Shown here: positions 34,416 to 44,204 of the stretch, piece by piece
Layout: each line of letters begins with the position of its first letter
Position numbering within the stretch: position 1 is the first letter of the stretch
DNA from: an uncultured Verrucomicrobiota bacterium
GTDB taxonomy: Bacteria; Verrucomicrobiota; Kiritimatiellia; CAIQIC01; Lenti-01
NCBI GenBank assembly: GCA_964436715.1
Contig: CAYTEK010000003.1
Location: 1 to 51,871 of the forward strand
Length of the DNA stretch: 51,871 nt
Direction: 5' to 3'
Program-made: the position numbers and the translations under genes
Notes under the pieces: generated by a model
What the model saw: the letters and a program-made list of their open reading frames with translations, nothing else
What the model was told of the DNA's origin: nothing
Databases searched by the model: none

Positions 34416-36383
34416 CTATCTGTGCGGAAGAGGTTTTTCCATTCGATAGTACAGATCCTTTCGGACGCGTCCGAGCGGAATCGCCCAAGGTTCCCGCCAT
34501 TCCGTTTCCGACAACAGCAAATACCGAACCTTCAACCGGTCCAGGTCCGCCCGGCACAATTTCCACCTGATCATGTCGCGGCTTTTCAGAACCGCTTCAC
34601 TTTCGTTGCCCGGAACGAGTTCGACCGAAACGTGGGCGTAACGGTTCCAAACCGATGCGAACTTGCGGTCGGGATCAATCGCGAGCCACAAGGCGGTTTG
34701 CGCAGTGAAATGGATGCCGTTCACGCAGGCCAGGCCGTTTGCAATCAACAATTGGGCTCGCGATTTTTCGTTGGTCAGCCAGCGACCCGCGCCGAATTCC
34801 CGCTGGATTTCCCGGGCACGAGCCGCGACCTGTTTGTGCAGCAGCGGGCTGGCACCGACGCAGAGGGGATGGACGAACGCGCCGGTCAGCAAAGAACACG
34901 CCAGATAGCCGCCCAAAAAGAGGAACCGGTTCACGCGCAACAACCCCGCACTCAGCACCCCAAACAGGCCGACTCCTGCGATCAGCATGACGATGCCGGT
35001 CGCCGGTTCCGCGTCCGCGAAGTAGTCCCAGGCCTTTTCATCGATGCGCAACAGAATTCCCAAACTCAACAATGCGACAACGAGCCAACCCAGCGTTTTC
35101 GGCCAGGACAGGCGCACGGCGCGCCGGCGGCAATGATCGAACGCCTTGAACGTCAACAGCAAGAACACGAAGGACATCCCGACCGGCGCACGATGCGGCG
35201 CCACGAGGAAAAGGCCCGTGCATTGGGCCACGGACTCCGGCCAAGTAAAAAGCATCCAGCCGATCAACACGCCGCCATACGCACACAAAACGCACCCGAA
35301 CCATGGCCGTTTCTTCCCGCCCTGCCGCCAAGCCTGCAGGCCGAGACCGGCCAAAGCAACGAACGGAACCGCATACACGCTGACCACGCAGTTGTTCATG
35401 AACTGCACATCCAGGAAAGCAGTGAACAGGCAAAGCAACGCATAGGCGAAAAATCCCACATGTCCTTGGAACGTCCCGCCAAGATACAGGCGGTGGCCCG
35501 GATAAGCGGAATGGCGAATGACGTTCAGCGCTTCCCGGTGAACTGCGAGAAAATAGATTCCTTCGGCAACGACCAGTCCCAGCACCACCCCAAGAATGAT
35601 CATGGCTTGGCAGCGGTTACCGCCCGCCTCCCAGGCGCGCCGCGTCAGATCCGCCGCCAGCAAGAGCCACAGATAGCCCAGCATCAACTGAAACGGCGGA
35701 TAGAACGAGTACGCGTAGGAGCAGAGCGCGACCAGCAGACCAACGCCCCACAATCCTTGCGCGAGCGGCCGGCGCGCGGCGATCAAACGGTAAAGGCACA
35801 CGAGCCCGGCGAAAAAATAGAGCAGCAGATACGGCACAGACGTGTCCCACCACTGGGTCGGCGCCCCCCAACAGATGGCCAATGCGCCCACGACGGCCAG
35901 GCTTTTGTCCCCACGGGTCCAGATCAGGAAGAACTCCAGCGCGAACAGGAAAAGGCCGAGGTAGCGGATCCACCAGTTCCAGGCCAAGCCGCGTTCGGCG
36001 CCGAACAGGAAATAGCCCCAATTGTGCGCTTGGCCGACGGCGGTCCAATCCCAGACGGGACAAGCGGGCATCGCCAAGAACATGTCCATGCCGCCGCCGA
36101 TGCGGTCGTTGATGCGCGGGAAGAAATCCGGATGGGCGCATTGCGCCAGCACGGCCGGAGTCGAAACCCGCCATTCGTCGCTGCGGATCGCGCGCCACCG
36201 GCCGATTTCGTGAAAGCGGTATTCCGTCGTCGCATCCGGGAACAAGACGTCCCAGGCACCCAGCGAAAAGCCGTGGATGTTTCCGAAAACCAGCAAGGCG
36301 AAAACGAGCAGTCCAAGGCCCCACCGGAATCGAAACGTCCAAGATCCTCCGTACGCCAACCAAATGGCCCACGCGCGCGCCAC
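34416..36383 (-). CDS. polytopic membrane protein of unknown function (candidate glycan polymerase / GT-C-like)
   Basis: 655 aa with more than 10 hydrophobic helices and a soluble C-terminal domain of about 150 aa. I recognise no motif. GTG start. GC is visibly lower than in the neighbours. Confidence 0.45.
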   Translation of the reverse strand: MARAWAIWLAYGGSWTFRFRWGLGLLVFALLVFGNIHGFSLGAWDVLFPDATTEYRFHEIGRWRAIRSDEWRVSTPAVLAQCAHPDFFPRINDRIGGGMDMFLAMPACPVWDWTAVGQAHNWGYFLFGAERGLAWNWWIRYLGLFLFALEFFLIWTRGDKSLAVVGALAICWGAPTQWWDTSVPYLLLYFFAGLVCLYRLIAARRPLAQGLWGVGLLVALCSYAYSFYPPFQLMLGYLWLLLAADLTRRAWEAGGNRCQAMIILGVVLGLVVAEGIYFLAVHREALNVIRHSAYPGHRLYLGGTFQGHVGFFAYALLCLFTAFLDVQFMNNCVVSVYAVPFVALAGLGLQAWRQGGKKRPWFGCVLCAYGGVLIGWMLFTWPESVAQCTGLFLVAPHRAPVGMSFVFLLLTFKAFDHCRRRAVRLSWPKTLGWLVVALLSLGILLRIDEKAWDYFADAEPATGIVMLIAGVGLFGVLSAGLLRVNRFLFLGGYLACSLLTGAFVHPLCVGASPLLHKQVAARAREIQREFGAGRWLTNEKSRAQLLIANGLACVNGIHFTAQTALWLAIDPDRKFASVWNRYAHVSVELVPGNESEAVLKSRDMIRWKLCRADLDRLKVRYLLLSETEWREPWAIPLGRVRKDLYYRMEKPLPHR

Positions 36384-36384
36384 G

Positions 36385-37302
36385 TCAGATCACCTTCCGC
36401 GCGCCCGCCAGAATGCGGTCGTACAAGGCCATGACCTCCGCGTCGCTCCGCAGATAATGCCGGCCGTATCCTTTCGCCAGGCTTTCCGGAGAAACGTTCG
36501 CTCGATAGGTCCGCGTCTTGCGCAGGATTTCGTCCCGGTCGACGTATTTGTAATGCAGCAGCTTGGCGTGGTTGGAATGGAAGGTCTTGATGCGTCCCTC
36601 CGGCCGCGAGCAATGGCAGCCCTGGCTGAAGTGGATTTCCTTCACGCGGTTGGGGTCGAACAAGATCGTCTTGGAATAATGGGAGGCGACGTCCATGCCC
36701 GCCTGCACCCGCGCCGTGATGGGCGTGCCGTCGAATTCCGGCAGTTTTTCGCACGCCATCTGGTAGCCGTGGGGCCGCAGCACCGTGTAGCCGTGCCGCT
36801 TCATCAAGGCCAGCAGCACGTCCAGGTGCGGATGGTAGAGAAATTCGTCCACGTCGCACACCAGCACGAAATCGGCCTTCCCCGCCGAGGCCTTCCAGGC
36901 GTGGTTTTTCATCCGCTCCCGTTCCACGTGCGCGAATTGTCCGCCGGTGTCCAAGGAAACGATCTCCACGTTTGGATGGCCGGCGAGCAACGCACGCGTG
37001 GCGTCGGTGGACATGTTGTCGTAGATGAAAAACCGATCCACGAAGGGGCCGTAGTGGGCCATGAAATAGGGCAGGATCCGCTGCTCGTTCCGGCACGGCG
37101 CGTACAAATGCACCACCGGCCGCTCCAGCCGCCGCCCCGCAGCGGATCGCGCCATCCGGCGAATGCGCCGCTCCCAAAAGCCATCGAACCATAGGCGGCG
37201 GCGCGCCCATTCCGCGCGCCGCAGCAGCCGATAAGCGGCGCCGTCCGTCCATTTCCATGGCGGGCGTCGCCGAACTCCCTCCCCGTTCTGTTCTGGCTGC
37301 AT
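36385..37302 (-). CDS. glycosyltransferase, Glyco_tranf_2_4-like (GT-A fold)
   Basis: VVHLYAPCRNEQRILPYFMAHYGPFVDRFFIYDNMSTDATRALL...VLVCDVDEFLY. The start is moved to ATG 37302. Confidence 0.65.
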   Translation of the reverse strand: MQPEQNGEGVRRRPPWKWTDGAAYRLLRRAEWARRRLWFDGFWERRIRRMARSAAGRRLERPVVHLYAPCRNEQRILPYFMAHYGPFVDRFFIYDNMSTDATRALLAGHPNVEIVSLDTGGQFAHVERERMKNHAWKASAGKADFVLVCDVDEFLYHPHLDVLLALMKRHGYTVLRPHGYQMACEKLPEFDGTPITARVQAGMDVASHYSKTILFDPNRVKEIHFSQGCHCSRPEGRIKTFHSNHAKLLHYKYVDRDEILRKTRTYRANVSPESLAKGYGRHYLRSDAEVMALYDRILAGARKVI

Positions 37303-37454
37303 CGAATGGTTCTTTCCAAAGAATGCAGGAAAACTGTAAGGCGCCGCCGCCGCGGGAGTCAACGGAGCAACTGTTTGGAATTGAATAAGGCGCCCATTTC
37401 CCGGGCATCTCCGGAATTGCAGGTTGCCGCCCGCTGTGACAGGGTAGCGGCGTC

Positions 37455-38399
37455 GTGGTTTCATCCGCTCCATTTCGCGTTTCCGTCGTCGTTCCGGTCT
37501 ACAACGCCGAAAAGTACGTGGCGCGCGCCGTCGCTTCCGCCTTGGACCAGCCCGAAGTCGAGGAAGTCCTTCTCGTGGAGGACGATTCTCCCGATCAGGC
37601 GCTCGCCGTCTGTCGACGGCTGGAATCCGAAAACCCGGAACGGGTCCGGGTGTTCCGCCATCCCGACGGCAAAAACCACGGCGCCGGCCCTTCCCGCAAC
37701 CTCGGCATTCGGCACGCCCGCTGTCCCTTCATCGCCTTCCTCGACGCCGACGACTACTATCTGCCCGGCCGGTTCGCGCGCGACGCCGAGTTGCTCCGGG
37801 AAGATCCGACGCTCGACGGCGTCTACAACGCCATCGGAGCCGACATTCTGGACGAAGCCGGACGGCAATGGTGGACATCCGGCAAGGAACGCCCCCGCAC
37901 GACCTGCGTGTGGAGTTCGCCGCCGCCGGAACGGCTGTTCTTCGAAATGCAGCCCGTCGGCAACGGCGGCTGGTTCGTGCTCGACGCCTTGACGGTGCGA
38001 CGCGAGGTTTTCGACAAGGTGGGCCTGTTTTCCAACTTGCGGCTGGGACAGGACACCTTGCTGGTCGTCCAATTGGCCGCCCTCTGCCGCCTCGCCGGCG
38101 GCAACACGCGGGAACCGGTGGCGATGCGCGGCGTGCACGGCGAAAACCGCATCCAGGATCCGCAGAAGATGCTGGCCGCCCGCCGGACCGTCTATCGCGC
38201 GTTGCTCGTCTGGGCCCGGCAACGCCGGTTGCCCCGCGCACAGCGCCGGGAAATCCAAGGTTTGAACCTGCGCCTGCTGCACAGCTGGAAAGCGCTGCCG
38301 GGCCTGCTCGCGCTCGATCCGCGGCTGGCGTTCCATCCCCGCCTGCGCGACATCGTCCGGGCCCGGCTGCGCAGCCTGTTCGCTCGCCGCCCGGCCTAG
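37455..38399 (+). CDS. GT2-family glycosyltransferase (tandem paralog 1)
   Basis: VSVVVPVYNAEKYVARAVASALDQ...VLLVEDDSPD...FLDADDYYLPGRFARDAELL. GTG start. Confidence 0.88.
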   Translation: MVSSAPFRVSVVVPVYNAEKYVARAVASALDQPEVEEVLLVEDDSPDQALAVCRRLESENPERVRVFRHPDGKNHGAGPSRNLGIRHARCPFIAFLDADDYYLPGRFARDAELLREDPTLDGVYNAIGADILDEAGRQWWTSGKERPRTTCVWSSPPPERLFFEMQPVGNGGWFVLDALTVRREVFDKVGLFSNLRLGQDTLLVVQLAALCRLAGGNTREPVAMRGVHGENRIQDPQKMLAARRTVYRALLVWARQRRLPRAQRREIQGLNLRLLHSWKALPGLLALDPRLAFHPRLRDIVRARLRSLFARRPA

Positions 38400-38464
38400 C
38401 CGCGGCGATTTCGCCGACAGGTTCTTGTTTCTTTCCGCACCGCGTTTTTTTATTCTCGCTGCCG

Positions 38465-39502
38465 ATGACTCAAGCGGAACCATTCGTCGTCTCGGTGGTC
38501 ATCCCCGTCTACAACGCGGAGAAATTCGTCGCGCGGGCGGTCGCCTCCGCCTTGGCGCAGCCGGAAGTCGGCGAAGTCGTCTTGGTCGAGGACCAGTCGC
38601 CCGACCAAGCCCTCGCCGTCTGCCAACGCTTGGCCGCCGAACGTCCCGATCGGGTTCGGCTGTTCCGGCATCCGGACGGCCGGAACCACGGCGCCGGCCC
38701 CTCGCGCAACCTCGGCATCCGCCAAGCGCGGTTCCCGTTCATCGCCTTCCTCGACGCCGACGACTACTATCTGCCCGGCCGGTTCGCGCGCGACGCCGAA
38801 TTGCTGCTGGCCGACGAAACGCTGGACGGCGCGTACAACGCGCTCGGCGTCGAGTTCGTCGATGCGGAAGGCGAGCGCTGGTGGCGGGCGCAGCCCGCGC
38901 GCGCCCGCTTGACGACGATCTGGGACCCGCCGCCGCCGGAAGACCTGTTCGTGGAAATGAGCCTGCTCGGCAAGCGCGGGCTGTTTTCCTTCGATGCGGC
39001 CACGTTCCGCCGCCGGGCGTTCGAGCGCGGGGGCTATTTTTCCGACCTGCGCCTGTCGCAGGACACGTTGCTGCGCATGCAGCTCGCCGCCAAGTGCCGC
39101 TTGGCCGGCAGCCAGACCCGCGCGCCCGTGGCCATGCGCGGGGTGCACGGCGACAACCGCATCCGGCATCCCGAGCGCATGCGCCAAGCCGAGCAGGAAG
39201 TCTACGCCGCGCTGCTGGCCTGGGCGCCGACCGCCGGCCTCACCCGCCGCCAACGGCGCGTCTTGCACGACGTCTGCCTGCGCCGCTGCCGCCGCTGGAG
39301 CATCACTCGCCGCATCGTCGCCCAGGATCCCCTTCTGTTGCTGCGCGGGCGCACGCTGCTCGTCGTCCTGCGCCGGATGCTGTTCCGGCAGGAAGCGGGC
39401 GATTTCTTGTTGCCGGGCTTTTTCCCCGAATTCCGCCGCCGGCTCGCCCACCGGCTCCGCCCGGCGGACGACCATCCAACCCCCGAACCAGGCCGCCCAT
39501 GA
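38465..39502 (+). CDS. GT2-family glycosyltransferase (tandem paralog 2)
   Basis: VSVVIPVYNAEKFVARAVASALAQ...VVLVEDQSPD...FLDADDYYLPGRFARDAELL. It is collinear with the 37455 product. ATG 38465 lies inside track ORF 37868..39502. Confidence 0.88.
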   Translation: MTQAEPFVVSVVIPVYNAEKFVARAVASALAQPEVGEVVLVEDQSPDQALAVCQRLAAERPDRVRLFRHPDGRNHGAGPSRNLGIRQARFPFIAFLDADDYYLPGRFARDAELLLADETLDGAYNALGVEFVDAEGERWWRAQPARARLTTIWDPPPPEDLFVEMSLLGKRGLFSFDAATFRRRAFERGGYFSDLRLSQDTLLRMQLAAKCRLAGSQTRAPVAMRGVHGDNRIRHPERMRQAEQEVYAALLAWAPTAGLTRRQRRVLHDVCLRRCRRWSITRRIVAQDPLLLLRGRTLLVVLRRMLFRQEAGDFLLPGFFPEFRRRLAHRLRPADDHPTPEPGRP

Positions 39503-40425
39503 CCACGCCGCGCACCGCCGCTCCGCAGCTCTCCATCATCACCGTCAACCGCAACGATCGGGACGGCTTGGCCAAGACCTTGGCCAGCGTCCACGAACAG
39601 CAGTCGTTCGCGGCGTGCGAACACCTCGTGATCGACGGCGGCTCCACCGACGGCAGCATCGACGTGATTCGCCGCTACGCCGACCGGCTCGCGCATTGGG
39701 TTTCGGAACCGGACGCCGGCATCTACGCGGCCATGAACAAAGGCATCGCCCGGAGCCGCGGCGACTACCTGCTCTTTCTCAATTCCGGCGACTGGCTGGC
39801 GCCCGACGTTTTGGCCGCGACGTTCGCCGATTTTCCGGCGGCCGACGTCGCGTACGGCAACCTGCAGTTCATGATCGGCGACCAGCCCGGCAAGTTGTGG
39901 GTGCCGCCCGAACCCACCGACCTCAATTTCACGTTCTGGGTCCGCGGCACCCTGCCCCACGGCGCGACCTTCATCCGGCGCCGCCTGCTGGCGGAGCGCG
40001 GCTACGACGAAAATTACCGCATCGTCGCCGACCGGGAGTTCTTTTTCCGCACCTACTTGCGGGGCGAAGCCACGTTCGCCCACGTCGATCGGCTCGTGAG
40101 CTATTTTCCCCGGGGCGGCATCTCCAACGATCCGCGCCACGCGGAACTTCGGCAAGCCGAACTCGAGCGCCTGTTCCGGCCGCACCTGCGCCCGCTCGAC
40201 TTGGCGCGGTTCTGCGCCAACCGCACCCCCGACGAAGCCATCCTGGACGAACTGCTGCGGCGCCGCCACGAACTCGTCCGCGCCTCCGCGCCGCTCCGCC
40301 GCCAGCTGCGGCGCTGGATCGATTTCTTCTTCTGGCTGCAGCGCCACCGCGCGACCCGCGCCGGCCTGCGGGCCGCCGCGCGCTTCCTGGAGCGCCGCGA
40401 GGAACCGCCGCGCCGGCCGCTGTGA
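39499..40425 (+). CDS. GT2-family glycosyltransferase
   Basis: LSIITVNRNDRDGLAKTLASVHEQ...HLVIDGGSTDGS...YAAMNKGI...LFLNSGDW. ATG 39499 overlaps the upstream TGA (ATGA). Confidence 0.88.
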   Translation: MTTPRTAAPQLSIITVNRNDRDGLAKTLASVHEQQSFAACEHLVIDGGSTDGSIDVIRRYADRLAHWVSEPDAGIYAAMNKGIARSRGDYLLFLNSGDWLAPDVLAATFADFPAADVAYGNLQFMIGDQPGKLWVPPEPTDLNFTFWVRGTLPHGATFIRRRLLAERGYDENYRIVADREFFFRTYLRGEATFAHVDRLVSYFPRGGISNDPRHAELRQAELERLFRPHLRPLDLARFCANRTPDEAILDELLRRRHELVRASAPLRRQLRRWIDFFFWLQRHRATRAGLRAAARFLERREEPPRRPL

Positions 40426-40468
40426 GGGACGGAAACGGCCGGTGCCGCCCCGGCCGGCCGCGCGAACG

Positions 40469-41335
40469 TCACTCGCTCCCGCGCCAGGCCCGGAAGCGGC
40501 GGCGCCATTTTTCCGCGGACCCTTTCGCGATCTGGACGAGCTGGAACGCGACGCTCCGATTCCGAATCGCTTCCCACTCGCGCGCGTTCTTCCGAAGCCG
40601 ACGGCACTCCTCTTCCAGCAATTTCAGGCGCTCGTAATCGCGCAGGACCGCCGCCGGCAAGTGGCGCCGCAGGACGATTTCCTTTTCGCGCGCCAGCCGC
40701 TCCGGATCCAGCGCGCTGAGCCCGCCCGCATCGTAGAACGCCACCGGAAAAGGCAGATGCCGGCAAGACCGCCCCGCCACGACCGCGCGCAGGGTGAAAT
40801 CCCAGTCGGCCATGATCCGCAAGGACTCGTCGTAGGCGCCCAACACGGCGAACAGCTCCCTCTTGTAGAAGATCGCCTGATGGCAAATGCCCTGGCGAAT
40901 CGCGAAGCAGGCCATCGTCAATTCGTCGGGATAGCGGACTTCCCGCACGCCGCCCTCGGGCGTCGGCCGCAGGACGTTGCCGTACAGCAAATCCGCGTCC
41001 GGCCCCGCCGGACCGAACGCGCGCTCCAGCACGCAGCGATCGGCCAGCCAGTCCCCGCTGTTGAGGAAATGCACGTACTCGCCGCGCGCGGCGCGAATGC
41101 CCTTGTTCATGGCTTCGTAGACGCCCCCGTCCGGCTCCGAAACCCAATGGGCCAGCCCGTCCGCCCGCGCGCGGATCTCGTCCATGCTGCCGTCCGTGCT
41201 GGCGCCGTCGATCACGACGTGCTCGAAATCGCGGAACGTCTGCGCGCGCACGCTGTCCAGCGTCTTGGCCAAGCCGGCCGCCTGGTTGCGGTTGACGGTG
41301 ACGAAGCTGACCTTGGGCGCGGCCGGGGCGTTCAC
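40469..41335 (-). CDS. GT2-family glycosyltransferase (inverted paralog of 39499..40425)
   Basis: VSFVTVNRNQAAGLAKTLDSVRAQ...HVVIDGASTDGS...YEAMNKGI...HFLNSGDW. GTG 41335 overlaps the upstream TGA (GTGA). Confidence 0.88.
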   Translation of the reverse strand: MNAPAAPKVSFVTVNRNQAAGLAKTLDSVRAQTFRDFEHVVIDGASTDGSMDEIRARADGLAHWVSEPDGGVYEAMNKGIRAARGEYVHFLNSGDWLADRCVLERAFGPAGPDADLLYGNVLRPTPEGGVREVRYPDELTMACFAIRQGICHQAIFYKRELFAVLGAYDESLRIMADWDFTLRAVVAGRSCRHLPFPVAFYDAGGLSALDPERLAREKEIVLRRHLPAAVLRDYERLKLLEEECRRLRKNAREWEAIRNRSVAFQLVQIAKGSAEKWRRRFRAWRGSE

Positions 41336-42378
41336 GTCCGCACGCTTTCATAGGCCCGGACGTGCGCCCGCGCCGTCGCTTCCCACGTGTAGCGCCGCAG
41401 GACTTCGTCCCGCCAGGTCGGTTGCACCGGGACGGGCGCCCGCAAGGCTGCCGCCCAGGCGTCGAGGTCCGCGGGATCCACGAACGTCGCCATGCCGTCC
41501 GCGATTTCCCGGTACACGGGCACGTCGGACAGGATCAGGCCGGTGCCGCACGCCAGCGCTTCGATCACGGGAATGCCGAAGCCTTCCATCAGGGACGCAT
41601 GCACCATCGCGTCCGCGCCCGCATAGGCCAGCCGCAACGTCGCATCGTCCACGCGGGGGCGGAAGTGGATGCGATCCAGCAGCCGGGCGGCGACCACCCA
41701 GCCGATTTCGTCCTCGGCCAGCGGCTGCCGGCCGCCCAGGATCACCAGATGCCGGTCGGTTTCCCGCGCCGCGCGGCAGAACGCCTGCAGGATCGTGCGG
41801 AAATTCTTGTAGTTCTTGCGCGCGCCGACGTGCAGCAGGTAGGGCGCGCCGCCCGTCAGCTGCCGGCGGAATTCCCGCACGTCGGCCGCAGCGGGCGGCG
41901 GCAGGACGAACGGCGCGGAAACCGCCGGATAGGCCACGAAGATCCGCGCGGGATCGAGGCCGACGCGTTCCGCGGCCAAATCGCGGGTGGCTTGGGAAAT
42001 CGCGACGACCGCCGCCGCGCGCCGCAAGACGCCGAACTGGCGCTCCACGAAGCCGTCGCCGTTGGGCCGCAGGAGGGGGAACGCGGCGTCGATGAAATCG
42101 TACGCGGTCGCGACGGACGTCGCATCCATCCGCGGCCACCGGGTGTAATAGCTGGTGTGGAACACGTCCGCGCGCCACGCGGCCAGCCGGCCGCGCCAAC
42201 TCCGGCGCGCGCGCCAGGGCGCATCCGCCGGCGGCGTCGCTTGGGGCGGCAGCAGCAAGTGGCAGCGCACGGGAGCCGAAAGCCGCGCCAGGGCCTTCAG
42301 CGTTTCGGTCCAGTAGCGGGTGATGCCTCCGCCCGGATTCAAACGATAGATGATGCCATCGACGTAGACGTTTTTCAT
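41332..42378 (-). CDS. GT4-family (GT-B) glycosyltransferase
   Basis: MKNVYVDGIIY...LLHVGARKNYKN...MVHASLMEGFGIPVIEALACG (E-x7-E region). ATG 42378 overlaps the upstream TGA (ATGA). Confidence 0.88.
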   Translation of the reverse strand: MKNVYVDGIIYRLNPGGGITRYWTETLKALARLSAPVRCHLLLPPQATPPADAPWRARRSWRGRLAAWRADVFHTSYYTRWPRMDATSVATAYDFIDAAFPLLRPNGDGFVERQFGVLRRAAAVVAISQATRDLAAERVGLDPARIFVAYPAVSAPFVLPPPAAADVREFRRQLTGGAPYLLHVGARKNYKNFRTILQAFCRAARETDRHLVILGGRQPLAEDEIGWVVAARLLDRIHFRPRVDDATLRLAYAGADAMVHASLMEGFGIPVIEALACGTGLILSDVPVYREIADGMATFVDPADLDAWAAALRAPVPVQPTWRDEVLRRYTWEATARAHVRAYESVRT

Positions 42379-44204
42379 GGTTTGATGAAGAGCAGGCCGC
42401 ACACCCCGGCGCCAGGCATGGCGCCGAACGAGGGATAGGTCCGATAATGGGCGGCGACGTCCCACGGGTCGTCCCAGGTCGCCACGGCGCCCTCCCGCCG
42501 CCACCGGGCGATGTAGGCGTGGAAATGGCCGGGCGTCATTTCGCCGAACCATTCCATCCGCGCCGGTTCTTGGCCGATCGTCTCGACGAGGCGCGCGCGA
42601 ATGGCCGCTTCGTCGTAGAAGCGCTGGAAAAAGTAGCGCGCGGTCGCGGCGTCCCGCGGCTGGGTGCCGTAGGCATCGCGGTCGCGATACTCGTCCCACG
42701 CCTGCCGGTCCGTCGGCACCGTCAAAATCAGGCGCCCGCCGGGGCGCACGGCTTTCCACAGCCGCCGGACGGCATCGCGATCGTCGCCGCCGGCGCCCGC
42801 GATGTGTTCGATCACGGACAGCGACCAAACCGCATCGTAGCCGCCGGTCGCCGCGTCCAGCGATTCGACGCCGGCCTCTTCCAGTTCGATCCCCGGCCAG
42901 CGCAGGAGATCCCGCAGGCGCCGCGTCCGGCGCAAGTCGCGCGCGTCCGGATTCAACATCCGCACCTGCACCTCCGGCAGGCGCCGCGCGACGTCGAAGC
43001 TGAACAGGAACGGCGAACTGACGTCGAGGCAGCGCCGGGGCGCGAACCCGTCCTGCGCCAGCGCGCGCCGCGCGAAATCGAACTCGAAATAGCGGGTGCT
43101 GCTGACCGGGCACGCCAGCAGCGCTTGGGCCGCCGCCGGATCCCGCCGCCGCAGGCGCCACCCCATTCGGCGGCCCAGGCGATAGAAATCCCGACCCGGC
43201 AAATCCAGCTGCCGCGCGCGCGCGAACGCGCGGTGCGCGCGCCAGGCCCCCAGCCAGATCGCCGCCCGCCGGCCCAGGTTTCGCCGCGCGGCCTGCAGCC
43301 GCGCGGCCAGCCGCGCACCCAGGCCGGGCCGCGGCCGCTCGGCGGGCAGATAGAGCCGTTCGTATTCGCGGTCCAGCCGGCGGTTGCACTTCACGCGGCG
43401 CGGATGCCGCAGGGGAAACGACAGCGCCGTCGCCGGCGCCAACTGCGAATCGCCTTCCGTCGTGTGCGTGCCGCCCGGCCCGAAGCCGATGTTGTCCACG
43501 AGATTGGCCGCGGGCACGATGCCAAGCCCGCCATGGGCCCAGCAGGAAAAATTCCACGGATAGTCCCACGTGTCCACCTGCTGCCGGCGATAGGCGGCGA
43601 CGAGCTGGCTCCAGATGCGCGCCGCGCGCGCGTCGCCCAGGTGCCGCCGGAGCCAGGCGGGATCGGACAGGTGCGGCCAGCGCTCCAGCGTCGGTTCGTA
43701 CCGCCGCCAGGCCCGGCGCCACGTCGCCCAGCCCCAGATCAGCTGATAGGTCGTGAAAGCGTAGGAATCCCGCCCGCACAAACCCGGGCGGCGATACCCC
43801 ATGCCGCTGATCGTCGTGACCCGCTCGTCGTCGCGATAGCGTTCGAGCAGTTCGGCGCAATACGGAAAAAACGACGGGTCCGGCAGGCAATCGTCCTCCA
43901 GGACGATGCCGGCTTCGACCTGTTCGAAAAACCAAGTGATGGCGGAACTCACCGCGGCCCGGCAACCCAAATTAGTTTCCCTGAAAAGGGTTTTTACCTC
44001 GCACGGCCAATCCACCTGCTCGGCCAAGCGGCGGCATTCCCGGCAGGCCGTTTCGTCATCGGGACGATTCGGCCGGGGACCGTCCGCCGCCACGAACAGG
44101 CGCGCCGGTCGCGCCGCCCGAATCCGCGCGAACACCTGCCGCGCCAGCTCCGGGCGGTTGAAAACCAGAAACAACACGGGCACGTCGGACGGCGCGGACG
44201 TCAT
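42375..44204 (-). CDS. GT-A-fold glycosyltransferase (HlpA/GNT-I-like) fused to a class-I SAM methyltransferase
   Basis: N-terminus: VPVLFLVFNRPELARQVFARI...LFVAADGPR...IVLEDDCLPDPSFF. C-terminus: CLDVSSP...YDAVWSLSVIEHI...VRPGGRLILTVP. ATG 44204 overlaps the upstream TGA (ATGA). Confidence 0.7.
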   Translation of the reverse strand: MTSAPSDVPVLFLVFNRPELARQVFARIRAARPARLFVAADGPRPNRPDDETACRECRRLAEQVDWPCEVKTLFRETNLGCRAAVSSAITWFFEQVEAGIVLEDDCLPDPSFFPYCAELLERYRDDERVTTISGMGYRRPGLCGRDSYAFTTYQLIWGWATWRRAWRRYEPTLERWPHLSDPAWLRRHLGDARAARIWSQLVAAYRRQQVDTWDYPWNFSCWAHGGLGIVPAANLVDNIGFGPGGTHTTEGDSQLAPATALSFPLRHPRRVKCNRRLDREYERLYLPAERPRPGLGARLAARLQAARRNLGRRAAIWLGAWRAHRAFARARQLDLPGRDFYRLGRRMGWRLRRRDPAAAQALLACPVSSTRYFEFDFARRALAQDGFAPRRCLDVSSPFLFSFDVARRLPEVQVRMLNPDARDLRRTRRLRDLLRWPGIELEEAGVESLDAATGGYDAVWSLSVIEHIAGAGGDDRDAVRRLWKAVRPGGRLILTVPTDRQAWDEYRDRDAYGTQPRDAATARYFFQRFYDEAAIRARLVETIGQEPARMEWFGEMTPGHFHAYIARWRREGAVATWDDPWDVAAHYRTYPSFGAMPGAGVCGLLFIKP

